Assembly (NCBI GenBank): GCA_039621445.1
Contig: CP154954.1
Span: 15,395,805 to 15,459,804 of the forward strand
From: Euglena gracilis
Taxonomy: Eukaryota
Reading direction: 5' to 3'
Length of the DNA: 64,000 nucleotides
A program made the translations under genes and the position numbers. Below, one piece after another: positions 1-13,367 of this stretch (position 1 is its first letter; each line of letters opens with the position of its first letter). Below the pieces are notes generated by a model. That model saw only the letters and a list, made by a program, of their open reading frames with translations, did no database searches and was not told where the DNA came from.

Positions 1-2802
1 CCGGGGAAAAGTATTGGACGAATCCTTAAAATGCCGGGAAAAATCCTGAACGCTCGCTTAAACCAAGTGGGAAAAAATATTGGACAGCTGAAAAAAAACC
101 GCAGAGGTTTTGCGCCAACCAGCAGTTGAACGAGAAAGCATGGCTGCACCTGGTGAAACCAAACAGAAAGCTTACATTCCGCTGGGGTGATAAGACTGCC
201 GTGTTGACAGACACAAAGCGGTTTCTGGCACACAACTTATGCACAGGGTCTCTTTGGGGTGGAGTGCACGCTGTGGGCTAACGCACGCTTCAAAAGGGTT
301 TGGGGCGGTTGGGAAGGACAGCTTCCTGGCAGGGTTGTTTTTTTTCTGTCCCTTGGGTTTTGATTGCAAGCAGACATAAAAAAAATGAAATTTACAAAAT
401 AATTTTGAAGAGCAGAGGCAGGAGGTACAACAACGATTCCTGAGAGGAAGAAGAATTCCTGCTGCAAATCGGCGCGCAGCGCCGAAGATTTTTTTTGGGG
501 GTCATTCACTGGAGGAAATTTGTCTTTCCTTAAATCTGCCAGGAAAAATCCTGGACGGATCCTTAAAACGGCGGGAAAAATCCTGGACAAAATTTCGTCC
601 AGAATTTTTCCCACAACATTTTTTCCCGTACAAGTTTTTTCCCCCTCCGGTAAGTGAATCTATGGTGAGGAGGCCACGAGCCCCAATTCTCCCTTTTTTT
701 GCGCAAGCCCGCTGAATGCAGTGCCACTTCATTTCGCCTTATTCCCCTCCCCCCGTGCACCCCTCCCCCCACCATATCCAGGGATGCAGGAGCTAACCCT
801 GCGGGACTCAACAGCTGTTCAATCAAGGGGCTCTGGGCACTTCACAGTCTCTGCGTGGGTGGGGGATTTGTGTGCGGATCGGGAACACGAAAATCGAAAC
901 ATCTGTGCATATTTTCAGATTTCATGTCCAAAGCCTTTTTTTTATACCCTGCCTTTCCAGCATTTGGGGAGTCTCACGCCAGAAATGTTCCATTTTTTTT
1001 CTGTTCATTTTTTCTTGATTTGTCAAAAAACACCACCTGTAAACATATTTGTATGGCATTTTTGAACCTTTTTTCCAAACATTTTCATGGAAGACACCAC
1101 AGTTTTTTCCTCCACTTTGTAATTTCTTCCCCTTTGGAGGGGTCTGGAACCCCCCCCCCCCACAAAGGCTGTACAGGAAGGTTTGGTGGGGGGGACGCCA
1201 CCATGGCAACACCCAATAAAATTCCTTCGGCACTGAAGGCACCGAAGGAAGATTTCGACCTACAAATCGGTGCCCGCGGAAGTGCGGGAAGGGGTGGGGG
1301 CGGTCGACCCCACCCTCACAGGGTTTCGGGGATTTCGTATGGTACAGGTTCGAGATGAGCTGGTGAGGTCCCCGTTGAAACCCCAGGCCCCCAGACATCG
1401 AGCCCCCTGGCCGGCGCAGTGTAGGACCCCCCCCCACCCGTGCCGCGCCTTGCTTCGCCCGAGAGCCCAGGGAGGCAGCACAGCCTTCTCCCAGCCTGGA
1501 GCCGGTTCGCAGTGAGCTTGGGTTCTGAGCCTTCATTAGATTCAGTGCAGAAGGTGCCCAGCCGGGCTCCCAAGGAAATGCCCAGGCATGTGATGCGACT
1601 GCGAACTGCAACAATGGTCCATCAAAAGGGTTTCTTGTTGAATGTCCGGTGGCATGGTCCACCTGCGATTAGCTCTTTCTCTCCTTTGTTTGTGGTATGG
1701 CTCACAAAGGGTACTCAGGAATTTGGAGTTCAACTCCTCCCTCAAATAGCCCTCGGTCTGCTTTCTGGGTGGTTGCTGAAAACACCAAGGTTTGTAATTT
1801 TGGGGGTCCAAAAAGTTTTTTTGGGGGGAGTTTTGCTACCCCTCATGTCCAACAACTACCTTTTGCTACCCCCCCCCCTATGATTATCCCCCCCGCCCAG
1901 TCGAGGGACTTCTTTCGAAGGTTTGGCTGGTCCATGTATTTTTTTGACGTCTTATCTGACGACGGTCCCCCAGTCGGAGGACACCTTCTGGTGTCATAAC
2001 CCTATGCCCAACAACCATCCCCCCGGCAGGACTGTTCGGGAACCGTATGGGTGGTGAACGGGGGGGGGGGGGGTGGGGGGTCTGACCCCCCACGTCTCCC
2101 ATGTGTCGATTTTTGGGTCAAAATTTCCTTTGGCCCCAAAGGAGAATTTTACTTGCCCGGTTTCATGCTGGGCGGGGGGGTCGACCCCCCACCTCCCAGA
2201 TTGGGGTGACCCCCCCCCCACAGGCCTTCCTGTGCAGCCCTAACCCCGGTCGGGGGGGGGGACTTTGGCTGGAAAAGTCTTCCTGTGGGCCGAAAACAGG
2301 TCTGATGTGCAAGATTTTTCAAATGAACAAATAATTATCGCAAAAAACCCAGTTATGATGCAAAAAAAAGTGGATACAAATCTGATCCAAAAAATATATA
2401 AAGTATATAATAAAAATAGAAAATAATAATAATAATAAATAAAAAAATAAAAAAATAAAGTGGATATAAATCCAAAAAATATCGGAAAAAGATATATTTC
2501 ATATTTAAGCATTTCCACAGTCACAAGGGTGTTGTTTAAAGCTTATCTTTTTTCTGTGGTTTGCAGAGGGAGTGCTGGAAGGCGTTACAAACATTGATTA
2601 TGCCCATGGATCAACTCAACTCAACTCAACCCTGCGGTTGCGGCGAAGGCCGGGATGGAAAGAAAATTCAAGGGTTTTTGACTGATTTTGGGTGGGTGGA
2701 TGGGTGGGTGTGACCTGGGGGGGCTGTTGGCCTGGGGAAACGCTGCCACGAGGGGGGGAACTCAGTGAGTATGTGGTGGTGCCTTGCCTGGGGGGTTGGC
2801 TG

Positions 2803-3393
2803 GGGGGTTACCATAAGGAGGTTCAAGCTCAAACCTCCTCCAACGTTTTTAATTCCCCCCCCGAACGTGCCTCGAACGTGCCTCGAACGCATTCAAAGAA
2901 GCTATCAAGCCTCCTTGAACGTGCCTGGAACGCGTTCGAGGAGGCTCCACCTACGTACATGCACAGAGGTGTCTTCAGGCTCTTTGTGAAAAGTTGCCCA
3001 CACAGAGGCCTTGCACAACAAATTGGAGATGCACGCACAGGATGTATGCAACTTAGAGGATATTGCTTTTTTGACCCTCCGAACAGTTGCGTACAAAACG
3101 ACATGGGCACCAAATGGGAGTTGCACACACAGGCATGTGAAACATAAGAGATTTTGTCATTTTGGAGTCCTCCGAACATTTGTTTACAAAAGAACATGGC
3201 AACAAAGCGAGTTTTCATGCAGGTAATTAGTTGGAAATTTCTCTTCAGCCTAATCATGTTCGAAGCACGTTCAGGAGACTCCTGAGCCTCCTCGAGACTG
3301 CCTCGAATGTGTTCGAGGATATTTTCGAGGAGGCTGAACTGTGCCTTGAACGCGTCTGAGGAGGCTCGAGAGCCTCCTCCTACCGTAACCCTG
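2803..3393. mobile_element. Degenerate MITE (hAT-like ends) with CCTCGAACG/CGTTCGAGG subterminal repeats
   Basis: Left GGGTTACCATAAGGAGG is roughly the reverse complement of right CCTCCTACCGTAACCCTG. TCGAAC motifs cluster at both ends. GGTTGG(C) on both flanks is a possible decayed TSD. Confidence 0.45.
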
Positions 3394-3832
3394 TCGGTTG
3401 GCCAGCCCCATCCTGGTGGGGTGTTTCCGCCCCCCCCCCCCTTCGGGCAGAATCTTCTTCCAAGAGGAAAAATATTAAAAGCAATTTTTTCTTGCAATTT
3501 TCAATGGTGGGCGGACCCGGGTCCATCAGTGCCTTCACGCACACCAAATTTTCCCCTGAAGGTGGAGGTGCATTTGTGGTGTGGAGCCCAAGGCACAAAA
3601 TTGCATGGGCATTGGACCCAGAAGGTTTTTTGAAGTTTGGTGACCTAGGGCAGGGAGGGGGGGGGTGGATGGGTCTGGGCCGAGCACCCCCCCCCTCCGG
3701 GAGCAGGGATGGATGGGAAGCCTTTCGGTATTGAGGTAGGTGGTAGGGGGGGGGCCCGACCACCCCCCCCCCCCTGGGGGGGGGTAAGGTGGTGGGGGGG
3801 GGGAGATCCCGACCCCCCCCCCAGATGTTGGA

Positions 3833-5896
3833 GTCTGTGGTGTTCATCAAACCGAACTCCTTCTGGGGCCATCCAACAAGTCTGTGGTGTTCATCCAAAC
3901 GAATTTCTTCTGGGGCCGTCCAACAAGTCTGTGGTGTTCATCCAACCGAACTTCAACTGGGGCCGTCCAACAAGACTGTGGTGCTCATCCAACCGATCTT
4001 CTTCTGGGGCCGTCCAACACGTCTGTGGTGTTCATCCAACCGAACTTCTTCTGGGGCCATCCAACACGTCTGTGTTGGATATCAAACCGAACTTCCACTG
4101 GGGCTTTCCAACAAGTCTGTGGTGTTCATCCAACCGTACTTCATCTAGGGCCGTCCAACAAGTCTGTGGTGTTCATCCAACCGAACTCCTCTGCAGCCGT
4201 CCAACCAGTGTCTGGTGTTCATCCGACCGAACTTCATCTGGGGCTGTCCAACAAGTCTGTGGTGTTCATCCAACCGACCTTCATCTGGGGCTGTCCAACA
4301 GGTCTGTGGTGTTCGTCAAACGGAATTTCTTCTGGGGCTGTCCATCAAGTTTGTGGTGTTCATCCGACGAAACTTCATCTGGGGCCGTCCAACAAGTCTG
4401 TGGTGTTCATCCAACCGAACTTCTTCTGGGGCCGTCCAACAAGTCTGTGGTGTTCATCAAACCGAATTCCTTCTGGGGCCGTCCAACAAGTCTGTGGTGT
4501 TCATCCGACCGAAGTTCAATTGGGGCCGTCCAATAAGACTGTGGTGTTCATCCGACCGAACTTCAACTGGGGCCGTCGAACAAGTCTGTGGTGTTCATCC
4601 GACCGTACTTCTTCTGGGGCCATCCAACAAGTCTGTGGTGTTCATCCGACGAAACTTCATCTGGGGCTGTCCAACACGTCTGTGGTGTTCATCCAACCGA
4701 ACTTCTTCTGGGGCCGTCCAACAAGTCTGTGGTGTTCATCAAACCGAATTCCTTCTGGGGCCGTCCAACAAGTCTGTGGTGTTCATCAAACCGAATTCCT
4801 TCTGGGGCCGTCCAACAATTCTGTGGTGTTCATCCGACCGTACTTCATCTGGGGCCGTCCAACAAGTCTGTGGTGTTCATCCAACCGAACTCCTCTGCAG
4901 CCGTCCAACCAGTGTCTGGTGTTCATCCGACCGAACTTCATCTGGGGCTGTCCAACAAGTCTGTGGTGTTCATCCAACCGACCTTCATCTGGGGCTGTCC
5001 AACAAGACTGTGTTGTTCATCCGACCGAACTTCATCTGGGGCTGTCCAACAAGTCTGTGGTGTTCATCCAACCGAACTTCATCTGGGGCTGTCCATCAAG
5101 TCTGTGGTGTTCATCCGACCGAACTTCAACTGGGGGCCGTCCAACCAGTCTGTGGTGTTCATCCGACGAAACTTCATCTGGGGCCGTCCAACAAGTCTGT
5201 GGTGTTCATCCAACCGAACTTCAACTGGGGCCGTCCAACAAGTCTGTGGTGTTCATCCAACCGACCTTCATCTAGGGCCGTCGAACAAGTCTGTGGTGTT
5301 CATCCAACCGAACTTCATCTGGGGCTGTCCAACAAGTCTGTGGTGTTCATCCAACCGAACTTCATCTGGGGCTGTCCAACAAGTCTGTGGTGTTCATCCA
5401 ACCGAACTTCATCTGGGGCCGTCCAACAAGTCTGTGGTGTTCATCCAACCGAATTTCATCTGGGGCTGTCCAACAAGTCTGTGGTGTTCATCCAACCGAA
5501 CTTCATCTGGGGCCGTCCAACAAGTCTGTGGTGTTCATCCGACCGAACTTCATCTGGGGCTGTCCAACAAGTCTGTGGTGTTCATCCAACCGACCTTCAT
5601 CTGGGGCCGTCCAACAAGTCTGCGGTGTTCATCCGACCGAACTCCTCTGGGGCTGTCCAACATGTGCCTGGTGTTCATCCGACCGAACTTCAACTGGGGC
5701 CGTCCAACATGACTGTGGTGTTCTTCCAACTGAACTTCATCTGGGGCCGTCCAACAAGTCTGCGGTGTTCGTCAAACCGAACTTCCTCTGGGGCTGTCCA
5801 ACAAGTGTCTGGTGTTCATCCGACTGAACTTCATCTGGGGCTGTCCAACATGACTGTGGTGTTCTTCCGACCGCACTTCTCCTGGGGCCGTCCAAC
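3833..5896. repeat. 47-bp tandem satellite, about 44 copies
   Basis: Unit GTCTGTGGTGTTCATCCAACCGAACTTCATCTGGGGCCGTCCAACAA, period 47 (3833, 3880, ...). No unique spacers. Confidence 0.97.
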
Positions 5897-8800
5897 AGAA
5901 CCACCATTTGCCGCAACGCAGCGCAGCTTGCCTTGCAGCGCAGCTGCTGCCCCCACCATCACCCCTCCCCCTGGGCTCACTGGAGCGCCACGGAGTAATT
6001 TCACTCCTGTCGCTGAAATCCGCCTTGCCACAATACTACTGAGGTAATGCCCGCTCCCGTGGGCACTGCTACAGCCCTCTTTTGAGTCCCTGTTGCCCCT
6101 GTGGTCTTCATGGAAGGAGGGATAGGTCGCTCGCCATCCCCAGGAGTGGTGCCGATGTCCGGCACTCGACATGGAGCAGATCATTCTGCTGCACATCCTT
6201 GACGCACATGGCACCATGCACTAATGCTGGCTGGTTATCGCGCGCCTACTGCGACCCTCTGGCCCTAGTAGCAGCTCCTGACGGACTCGCTGTGCACCCT
6301 GCACCTGTTGTGTGTGCAGCCGCCAGCTGAGCTTCCCCGATTAGGTTGGGTCCGATAATATCTTGCAGCTGTGTGGTTCTGTATCTGCCCCTCTGATTTC
6401 GGAAGGTGCGCCGATGGCAACGCTGTCCTGACTCTTGGACAGTTGGCAACAATGCTGTGGACGTCCAATCTAAATCCTCGCTGATTGGCGAGACCCTCCC
6501 CCCCATTTCAAACTGCCGGCCTTGCCCTGGTGCTGGGGTGTGAAGGCTCTCCTGTGCTGGTCACCAACCTGCTCCGTGCCTCTTGCCTCGTGGGCCAGTG
6601 AGTGCTTCTCGGCGAGATGACCCCCAGCTGGACCTGCTGTTTCTTCCGGACCGATCGTTCGACTGACCAGACTCCTCTGGGTGTTTTGGAGCTGGTGGTC
6701 CACCCTGACTTATTCACCGACTGTGCCGTGCCGGTGAAGAAGTGGATTCCTTGGGCCTGCATTATTTCGGTTGTGCCACCTCTGCTTTATGACCTGGGCC
6801 ACCCACAGGCAAAGTCGGCGTTTGACTTGGTTGGATTTAAATTCATTTTCCTCCCGAATCCCGCTGGAGTAATACATTTCAATCCAGGGTCAATCCAGAC
6901 CGAGGCATCACTCAAATCAAGCATTGCACAGTGTTTAAACAGTTAAAGGTCCCCCTTTTGGAGTTCTCCTCGGGTCAAATGCTTCATGATGAGGGGCATC
7001 CCAGGTGTGTGTCAGTACTGGCAATTTCATTGCCCTCAACTGTGGGTCTGTGTTCAAAGTTGTGCTTGTTGAAGGCGTGCAAAGTAAACTGGAGCTACCA
7101 GTTTATTTTGCACCCCTTGAGATTTCTTTCTCTGTCAGGGCTAAACCTTAAGAGCTGCCGTCCAGCGCCACAAATACAATCTCTTGAAAAATTACCTGCC
7201 AACCCACCAGCTCCGTGGGATGGGGTTAGGCATTTCTATGGGCCCGGTCCAGTTTTCGAGCAATTTTAGTACTTCAAAAATAAAAAAAATAAGAAACAAT
7301 AAAGGATGCCATATCGGCACACTGCAAATGTTCCTTGGGGAAGTGGCATAGTGGTTCGGTCCTGCTGTCTGCCCACTCCCTGCCCTGTGCCTTTGTTTGA
7401 GGGGTCACATTTATTTTTTCCTGCCCCCACCATGGAGTCCAGTAGCTGCTGACATCACAGACGGCGGGGGCCCCTGCTCCAGTGGTGTGGCGGACATGGC
7501 CACCGCCCGCTGCCAACTGCCCACCGCCCACCGTCGCATATGCTGTTGTCGTCTTCTCGAAGCTTCTTTCTGGCCGCCCCAGAGGAAGTATTGCCAATGA
7601 CCCTTGCAGTCCCCAGATGCGCCGGGAGGGGGTGTGTGGGTTGAAGCTTTGGCTGAGCGCGTCCCGGCAAACTGAAAAAACCCGTTCTTGCCTCTGCACC
7701 CATGCAGAGGTTGGTAAATTGGGTTGGCTGCTAGCTGAACCGGTGCACCAGCAGGTTGAACAAGGTTTGGTGCCAGCCTGCACACCGGCAGTGCAGGAAT
7801 TCCTACCAGTGGCAGAGGTGGAGGCACAGCTGTCACCGCACCGCATGTCGACGAGAGGTACCCATTCCACGGTGCAGGGGCAGTGTGAGTTGCATGCTAC
7901 AGGTTGAGACAGTCCCGTGTCGGCTGGCAGGTGTGAAGCTTAGCAGCCCAGGTGCTGGAGAGCAGCACCTGCACGAGAGCCCGCCCCATCCCGCCAGCAG
8001 CCCATGGCGCACCCGCACAGCTGGCTACAAGATTGCCTCCGCATGCCAGTTGAGCAGTGCCCTCCAGGCGGCTGGCAGGGTTCGATGGCTTTTTGGGCTA
8101 CGTCGTCAAGGATGGTGGCAAACTGGGGAAACACATGCACAACGCTTCAAAGCCACGCAGCCAGCCATGGCGCCTCTTTCGGCTGGGGGGGGGGACAGTG
8201 GCTTCCATCAGCCGGGCCAGCAGCTGCCCGGGATCCCTGGGGGGGAGGAGATCCATGAGGCTTCGGGGGGGAGGGGTGTGAGGGATTGGGGTGCACGCAC
8301 GTTCAAAATGGGTGTGTAGAGTCCTCTGTTCCCGGCGACCTGGGTCGAACCAGTCGATTTCACTGGGACATTGGGAGATACAGCATGTGCTGGAAGCGTC
8401 GTCCTTGGCGTGCACCAACGTTGTCCACTACAGGCAGGAGGTGCGTGTTTCGTGCTGGCCGGCACAGCTGCGCTGGCAACTTCCGTTTTAGGGCGAGCTC
8501 ATGCCGTCCATTCTGCGGTGGGGGGAGATTTTGTTCTGCCCACGGTGAGAGAAAAGGTTGGCAGCCCCGGCATCAGCGGCAGGGGGTCATCTGTCCCACC
8601 TGCCGAGCGGACAGCTCATCGTCGCGCTCGACATGGCTGCAGATCCATTCGCCGTCTGCCACTGGACACCCGTCGCAGTGGATCAGGGCGAAGATCACGC
8701 CCCTCATCCTGCGGGGGGAGGTGGACCACGGCCAGCCATCCCCCTCCACCATGGGCGCCGCCAAGTCCTGGGGTTGGGCTGCACCCGCCGGCTGCAACAC

Positions 8801-10384
8801 CCAGCACCGCCCCGACTGTGTGCTTCACTGGAGTGGTATCCTTGGCCAGCTGCTGCTCTGAGGTCTGCCATTAACTCGCCATAAACCCACCTCTGAGCCA
8901 CCCCCCACAGGGCAACAACGCCAGCACAATTTTTTCGCTACTAGTAACATGATCCACTGAAGAATTCTCATGAAGGACACCCTGAAAGTCACAGCCAGGC
9001 TCGTTTCCACAAGAGTGGCATCGCACGTATGCCCAAAAGAATGCAAAACATAAAGCTTGCCAATTTCAGCGGAAGACATTAGAATCTGGTCCAGTTCATG
9101 CAGCCACATGCTGCCTCCCCGCGGCGCAGCCGTCAACTTGGGCAGCTCGATAACCACATTTTTCTGTGTTTTTTTATTCTGTCTCCCAACAATGTGTTGT
9201 CCCCCCTGAATTTCATTGTACCATCCCTCGGCCTGCCCTCATGGGCATGCTTCCACCCCTCCCCTGAAGCCTTCTGGGCTGCTGGGCTGCTGGGCTGCTG
9301 GATGTCACAGTTTCCTGCTCCGGTGTTCAAGTGTGCCCGGGCCCTGGGTGTGCCCCACGGAAGCTGGCCTGGCGCTCATGCTGGGTCTGCTGACCGTGGG
9401 CTCTGCGCGTCAGCAGGGCAAAGCAAACCCAAACCCAAACCCCCAGATGTTGGGAGGGGGTCCGGACCCCCCCCACCCCCCTCCGTGTCAGGAGGGGGGG
9501 GGGGTCCGACCCACCCCCCCCCCCCCAGGAGGGGGTTCGGGCTGAGTGGATTACACCCCCCCATTTAAGTGCACAGGGTGCGCACATCATTGGACCCAAG
9601 TTTCGGACCAGGGTGTGACACTTGGGTACTATGCGAAAGCAGTTGATGTAAAATGGATTTTTTTTTGGTTGGTGCGCACTTTTTTGGATTCCACTTTCGG
9701 ACCCTCGGGGGTGTGACACTTATCTGGGCATCACACATTTTGGGGCCGCACACTGGGCACTGGTACCGCACACTCAAATGGGGGGGTTTACCCCGCCAAA
9801 GACAGGGTTTCCCTCAGTTTTCGGTTCTTTGTGCCAAAAAAATTTTGACACCGTTGACAATTCCGCTGCACGCAAGAATTTGTCAACAGAACAAACCCGT
9901 CTTGTTCTCCTGTACCGAGAACACAGTGCATTGCACAGTGGTGCAATGGTCCACTACTCCAACAGATTTAACCGCACCATCGAATATGTGTAATTTGAGT
10001 TGGACCGCCTCATTTTTATTTATTTTCTGGGATTCGGATTGTTACTTCAATTTTGTTCTACGTTCTGTTTCTGGATAAATTCTCTCTCTGAATTTTTGTT
10101 TTTCGAAGTGATGAGTGTGTAACATTGACCCCAGAATGGGTCCCAGATTTTGGCCCCCATTTTGCCCAAGTATTGTGAGACAGCTGCAAAGGAACAGGTA
10201 AGCCAGAGGAGTGCGTGCCAGTTTCATAACCATGGGTGAATTTGCTGCCGTCGGAATATTATTGTGTGTTCATAGTGGATATATATTCATGTGTAGTTTC
10301 CATCAAGGTAAACCCCCCAAATATAAAGCCACCCGGCTTTATATAGGACGATACCGACCCCCCCCCCCCCCGGGAAATTGTCAC

Positions 10385-10650
10385 CTGACAGGTTGGCCAG
10401 TACCGGGGACCCTGACAACTTCCTATACTGACAGGTTGGCCAGTACCGGGGACCCTGACAGTTTCCCGGGCGGGACCCTGACAGTTTCCCGGGTAGGGCA
10501 TTTCAAGGGAAAGTCAATGAAAAATGACCCTGACAGGTTGGCCGGTACCGGGGACCCTGACAGCTTCTTATACTGACAGGTTGGCCGGTACCTGGGACCC
10601 TGACAGTTTCCCGGGCGGGACCCTGACAGGTTCTCGGGCATGACAGTTTC
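10385..10650. repeat. Cluster of GACCCTGACAG / GGTTGGCC(A/G)GTACC repeats inside a probable MITE
   Basis: About 10 (C)CTGACAG motifs, bracketed by inverted CCCCCCAAATATAAAGCC (~10313) and GGCTTTATATTTGGGGGG (~10687). Confidence 0.6.
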
Positions 10651-12932
10651 CCGGGGGGGGGGTAGGTATTTCAATTGGGGGGGGGGGGCTTTATATTTGG
10701 GGGGGATCAAACGTTTTCGGGTGGCCTCTATGACCTCTGGGCTTTCAATTGTAAACACCAATTTTATGCCAAATTTGTTGTGTACCCAGAAACGTGAAAT
10801 TCTTATTCAAAATGGAGCATCTCTGGTGAATAAAAAAAATTACATCCCCCCAAAATTTTTCTATTTTTTCTTGAATGGCTCCACTCCACGTCAGGGGGGG
10901 CTTTATATTTAGGGGGGGGGGGCTTTTATTTGTGGGGGGGTTACTCTTTCCAATTGGGGGGAGGGTAACAAAATGGATTTACTGGCATGGGATGTGATCC
11001 TTTTTCTGAAACCAGCTAACAGGTTCTAAGGGTTATTGAAGGAAAAGTTTAGGGCTGTCATTTGGGCCCAGTGTGAAAGTTTTACGCCAAGAACGTCAGG
11101 AAGAGGGCTAGGCCCAAGCTGACAACTTCCTGGGTACCAACCCAGGAAACCTTCCACTTGGGGAGGAGGCATTTCTCGATTTTCTTTTCCCCCCAACCAT
11201 CTTTTTTTTTAACCGGCAGAATAAGAGGTGTTTTTGGGAGCGTCTCAGAAACATTTAACGCGAGGTTTTCACAAACTTGGGAGCTTTCAAAATCCAAATC
11301 TTCCATCTCCAAACTGGCCCCAACTCCAGCGGTTCCCCGCTCGGACTTGTTTCTCCCCCGAAGGCTGTCCAGTGGGATTCTGTGCTCCTCCACTGCATGT
11401 GCACCCCCCTAATCCCTCCTAATGAGGCATTTGGCCCAGACTTCTCCTTGAACAATTGTCGAGCTCCCACCTTCCCCAGCAACTGTCCCCCTCCAGCCAG
11501 TGTTTTTCCCCCGGCATTCGCCACCTTGCTTCCGGCAAGGGGGGTTTACATTAATAGTGCTTTCTGAGAATTGACAGTTTCTCAGATACTGCAGGCTTGT
11601 TGTTTTCCAGCTGCTCATTTTTTTCTCCATCCCCCCCCAATTTTGACAGAATCAGCCATTTTTGGCAGTTTTGTTATTTATCCCCCTTGAGTTCTGCTGA
11701 AAAAAAAATTATACTCAGAATTTTTTTGTTTGAACCAGATTTTTCCTTGAGACCACATTTTCCTCATTTTTTTCTGCTTGTTTTTGGGGGGGGCAACCCA
11801 CCCATAGTTTGGAATAGCATGTTCCCAAAACAACAAAATCATGGTTTGGCCCTTTTCATTGGAATGACAACTCAAAACATCCATCATGTTGCAAAATGAA
11901 AAGAATTGAGGGCTGATTTTTTCCAATTCCTCTCCAGTTGAAATGAATGCATTCCCGATGCCATTTCCCGCAATATCTCACAATTTCCACAATTTTTCTG
12001 CAATTTTTTTGGCAATATTTTTGAGAACAAAGAAATGCCCCCTTTCCCACTACAGGAAGGAGGCACATTTTTGGAGAATTTTTGAATCTTCCCTCTTCAA
12101 TTTTTTTTACATTTTTCCGGGGTGGCTTCAATTTGAATGTTGCCCTGGTTCCCAGGGGGTTGCTCAAAATGTCCCTTGGATGACTGGCTGAATTTCACGC
12201 TGGGAACTTCTCTTTGGACCATTTGGTCCAAATTTCAGTGACCTTCTGGCCTGTCTTGTGAAGAACTTAAGCAACCCTTTGAGCAGTTTGGCTTAAATGG
12301 GTTGTTTAAATTTTTTGGGGGGGTATCTTCCCCCCCCCCCAGGAAACTGCCAACTGACAAGCCAGTGAGAACAACGATGCCAGAAATGATTTTTCTTCAC
12401 GGCGTTGGCTAGTTGTTGCCGAGATTTTGCAATTTTGTTTTTGTTCTGGAGAGAATTCTGCCCGTCCGTTAAGGCAGGAAAGCGTTATAAGGCATTTTGA
12501 CCAAAAAATTAAGGCAGTTTTAAAGGTATTTTAAGGTTTTTAAGGCGGCATAAAATTCCTGATGCCTGCTGGCCAACCCCCGAGGATGGTGACTAGTTTT
12601 TTTCAGAGTAACTGACTGGTTTTGGCCCGGACCTCCTCCCCCTGGGGGGGGGGGGTCGGCAAAAAAACCCGCAAAAGTGACCCACTGCCGAAGGCGCTGG
12701 AAAATTTTTGCTTTTTTTTCCACGTTTGTGGTCAAATTTCCATTGTATTCCAGAGTGGCCTACCTCCCCCCTGGGGGGTAGGGTAGTGACTGACTGTTTT
12801 TCTGGAAAGTGACTGACTGGTTTTTGAAATGGTGGAAGCCCCCCCCCCCGGGTCGGTAAAACATCGTGTGGCCCCTTCCCCCTAGGTTGGTTGGTGCCAT
12901 GGTCAGGCAGGGGGGGGATCAACCCTCAGGGG

Positions 12933-13367
12933 CAGGCATTTGCTTAAGGGATTGCAGTTCCCCCCCCCCCCCCGGGGGGGGGCTGGACTGCAGCTAGTCC
13001 AAATTTGGCTAGTGGGTTTTCTAGTAGACCCCCCCCGTGGGGGGGGCTGCTAGCAGGGCTAGCTAGTGGAAAAAATTTTTCCAGTGACCGGCGCGAAGCG
13101 CCGAAATTTTTTTTGGGACCCCCAAAAATGGCCAAAAATGCCCGTTTTTGGCCATTTTTGGAAATTTTTGGAACAAAATCAGCCAAAAACCTATTAAAAA
13201 CCTCATTTTTCCTCTGGCGCACAGCGCCGGAGGAAATTTTTTTTCCCGGTCCGGGGGACCCCCGGACCCCCCCCCCTAGCTAGTCTAGCTAGTCCACTTT
13301 TTCCAGTGTCTAGCCGATTGGCTAGCCAGTACCCCCCCCCCCCCGGGGGTCCTTAAGCAAAAGCCTG
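12933..13367. mobile_element. hAT-family MITE
   Basis: 17-bp TIRs CAGGCATTTGCTTAAGG / CCTTAAGCAAAAGCCTG (1 mismatch). Perfect 8-bp TSD CTCAGGGG at 12925-12932 and 13368-13375. (G)CTAG subterminal repeats. Confidence 0.9.

Noticed and set aside
3833-5896. CRISPR array or long repeat proteins (ORFs of 275-610 aa)
   Set aside because: The units are contiguous with no unique spacers and no cas genes. The ORFs arise because a stop-free 47-mer cycles through all frames.
5900-9160. Transposase (e.g. KDZ-like HSFGHTC) or host gene
   Set aside because: Only short ORFs in all frames, with no coherent catalytic motif set.
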